Shown piece after piece: positions 59,652 through 64,000 of a DNA stretch of 64,000 nucleotides. The first letter of the stretch is position 1; each line of letters begins with the position of its first letter. Origin of the DNA: an uncultured Caldisericota bacterium (GTDB taxonomy: Bacteria > Caldisericota > Caldisericia > UBA6126); assembly GCA_964422555.1 (NCBI GenBank), contig CAYRBR010000001.1, positions 3,352 to 67,351 of the forward strand. The letters are read 5' to 3'. The translations under genes were made by a program, and so were the position numbers. The notes under the pieces were generated by a model. It searched no databases, was not told the DNA's origin, and saw nothing but the letters and a program-made list of their open reading frames with translations.

Positions 59652-61179
59652 ATGGAACAAAAAAGAAACAGCTTCTTTCAATCAATTGATAGTGAAATAG
59701 AAAAAACACTGCGAAACTACCAGTTTAAAGGATTTATTTTTGAGCAGGGGATTATTATTAATATTAGTGCCTCTGTTATGATTGCAAGAGGAATTAGTAA
59801 TAGTTTTTGTGGAGAAATGATACAAATTAACGAAGATTCCTTGGCTTTTGTGTTTGGATTTATTTCCAACGATAGAGTGCAGTTGATTCTTCTAAAGCAA
59901 GGTTCTCCTGTTCACACCGGGGATCCAGTATTTCGAACAGGAAAACCATTACAGATTTCTGTTGGACGAGCTTTGTTGGGTCGAGTGGTAAATCCAATAG
60001 GTATTCCTTTGGACGGAAAAGGTGAAGTTCACACTAGTTCCAGCAGAAATGTTGAAAATATTGCTCCTTCCGTTATGGAAAGAAAACCTGTGGATCAACC
60101 TCTCCATACAGGTATAAAAGTTGTTGACTCAATGATTCCAATTGGAAAAGGGCAGAGAGAATTAATTGTCGGTGATAGGCAAACTGGGAAGTCGGCTATT
60201 CTGATTGATACCATTATTAATCAGAAAAAGACAGATACAATAAATGTATTTGTTGCTATTTCGCAACGAGCTTCAACGGTTGCTTCAATTATTCGAACTT
60301 TAACGAATAAAAATGCAATTGACAATACTATATTCATAGTTTCTTTAGCAGAAGATCCATCTTCACTTCGGTATATAGCTCCTTTTGCAGGGGCAGCGGT
60401 GGCAGAGTATTTTGCTTCCATGGGGAAAGATGTTCTGGTTTGCTACGATGACCTTTCAAAACATGCTGAAGCATATCGAGAAATTTCTCTATTACTTCAT
60501 AGACCTCCCTCCAGAGAAGCATACCCAAGTGATATCTTTTATCTTCATTCTCGATTATTGGAACGATCAGGTAGCTTCTGTGAAGAAATTGGGGGTGGAA
60601 CCATTACGGCTCTCCCAGTTGTTGAAACGCTTGGGGGAGATATTTCGCAGTACATTCCAACAAACTTAATATCTATTACGGATGGACAAATATATCTGGA
60701 AAAAGGAATGTTCAATGCTGGATTCCGTCCAGCTATTAACGTGGGTCTTTCCGTTTCACGTGTTGGGAGTTCTGCCCAAACAAAAGCTATGAAGAGTGTA
60801 TCTTCCGGATTACGCCTTGAATTAAGCCAATATAATGACTTAAAAGCGTTTACTGAATTTGGAACGGAGCTGGACAAAGATACAAAACTCAAATTGAAAC
60901 GTGGTCGTCAACTGGTTGAGATCATGAAACAAAAGAACTATGAACCACTATCAATAGATAAAGAAATTCTTATTCTGTTTGCTTATAAACAAGAATTGAT
61001 GAATGATGTTTCGGTAGAAAGAACTGGGGAATACCAGGAGTCTTTGTATCGATTCATGAAAAATCGTTACCCTCGTTTTGTTAGTTTAATCCAAACAAAA
61101 AAAGAAATATCACCCAACCTTAAAAAAGCATTAACCAGAGTAATTGAAAAATTTACACAGAGTTTTGTAAAAACAGACA

Positions 61180-61193
<14 letters not shown>
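59652..61193 (+). CDS. atpA: F-type ATP synthase subunit alpha
   Basis: GDRQTGKS Walker A and the alpha signature. Confidence 0.97.
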
Positions 61194-63693
<2,500 letters not shown>

Positions 63694-63702
<9 letters not shown>

Positions 63703-64000
63703 GATTGTTACTGTACTCTTATTGCTTAAACCAGCAGCATTTGCTTCGTCAGTATCAATGTGGAAATCTAAAACGAAGTCTTCTCTTACTCTAACAATAA
63801 CATTGTTGAAAATTACAGATCGAGGACCTTCTGTTTCAACTGAAACAATTTGTTTGTCTTCTACTTCCCATTGCTTAGCATCGTCTGGACTCATGTGAAT
63901 ATGACGTAGGGGAATAATAACTCCTTGTGGAATGCGTACAAATCCAGCTGGCCCCACTATTAATATGCCAGGAGTATCGGATAAATCACCCGATTGTCGA
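63694..64000 (-). CDS. pduL: Phosphate propanoyl/acetyltransferase PduL. Only the 3'-terminal part lies in the window; the gene continues beyond the right edge.
   Basis: PduL repeat motifs are present (GPAGFVRIPQGVIIPLRHIHMSPDDA...VIFNNVIVRVREDFVLDFHIDTDEANAAGL). The reading frame stays open to position 64000. Confidence 0.75.

Overview
This is a low-GC (roughly 35%), very gene-dense bacterial chromosomal window. Nearly all of it is core housekeeping, with short or overlapping gene junctions throughout. The gene order, start to end, is as follows. A partial ComEC C-terminal metallo-beta-lactamase domain lies at the left edge. It is followed by a DUF3298-type lipoprotein, an M18 aminopeptidase, and an FMN riboswitch controlling an ECF-type RibU riboflavin transporter. 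Next come leuS, a Na/Pi cotransporter with a PhoU domain, Mrp/ApbC, lpdA and nfo. An rpsO-pnp-udg(family 4)-rnj operon follows, and RNase J in it is interrupted by a single in-frame TGA. After that come a QueT-like transporter, a split glutamine-dependent NAD synthetase (CN-hydrolase plus nadE), a Cas4/RecB-like PD-(D/E)XK nuclease, a PpiC foldase and an SDR oxidoreductase. A minus-strand block encodes an OmpR-type response regulator, a histidine kinase, a 729-aa lipoprotein and an SLH-anchored family-5 solute-binding protein. Then come rnc, an SPFH protein, an M42 peptidase and a compact RNase P RNA. The RNase P RNA leads directly into a dcw cluster (rsmH-ftsL-ftsI-murE-murF-mraY-murD-ftsW-murC-murB) that lacks murG, ddl and ftsQAZ. 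Downstream are two orphan Opp/Dpp-type permeases, an IMPACT-family gene, and an unannotated SCIFF ranthipeptide precursor with its radical-SAM/SPASM maturase. A purA-purB-purS-purQ-purL-purN-purH-purD operon sits on the minus strand. The window ends with an F1Fo ATP synthase operon convergent with a partial pduL. The ATP synthase operon is structurally unusual: its b subunit is fused to only the C-terminal domain of delta, and its epsilon subunit is NTD-only. No CRISPR array, tRNA, rRNA or mobile element was found. The gene content (SCIFF, RNase J, FMN riboswitch with RibU, SLH domains) is consistent with a Firmicutes/Clostridia-like anaerobe, but taxonomy cannot be settled from this window.
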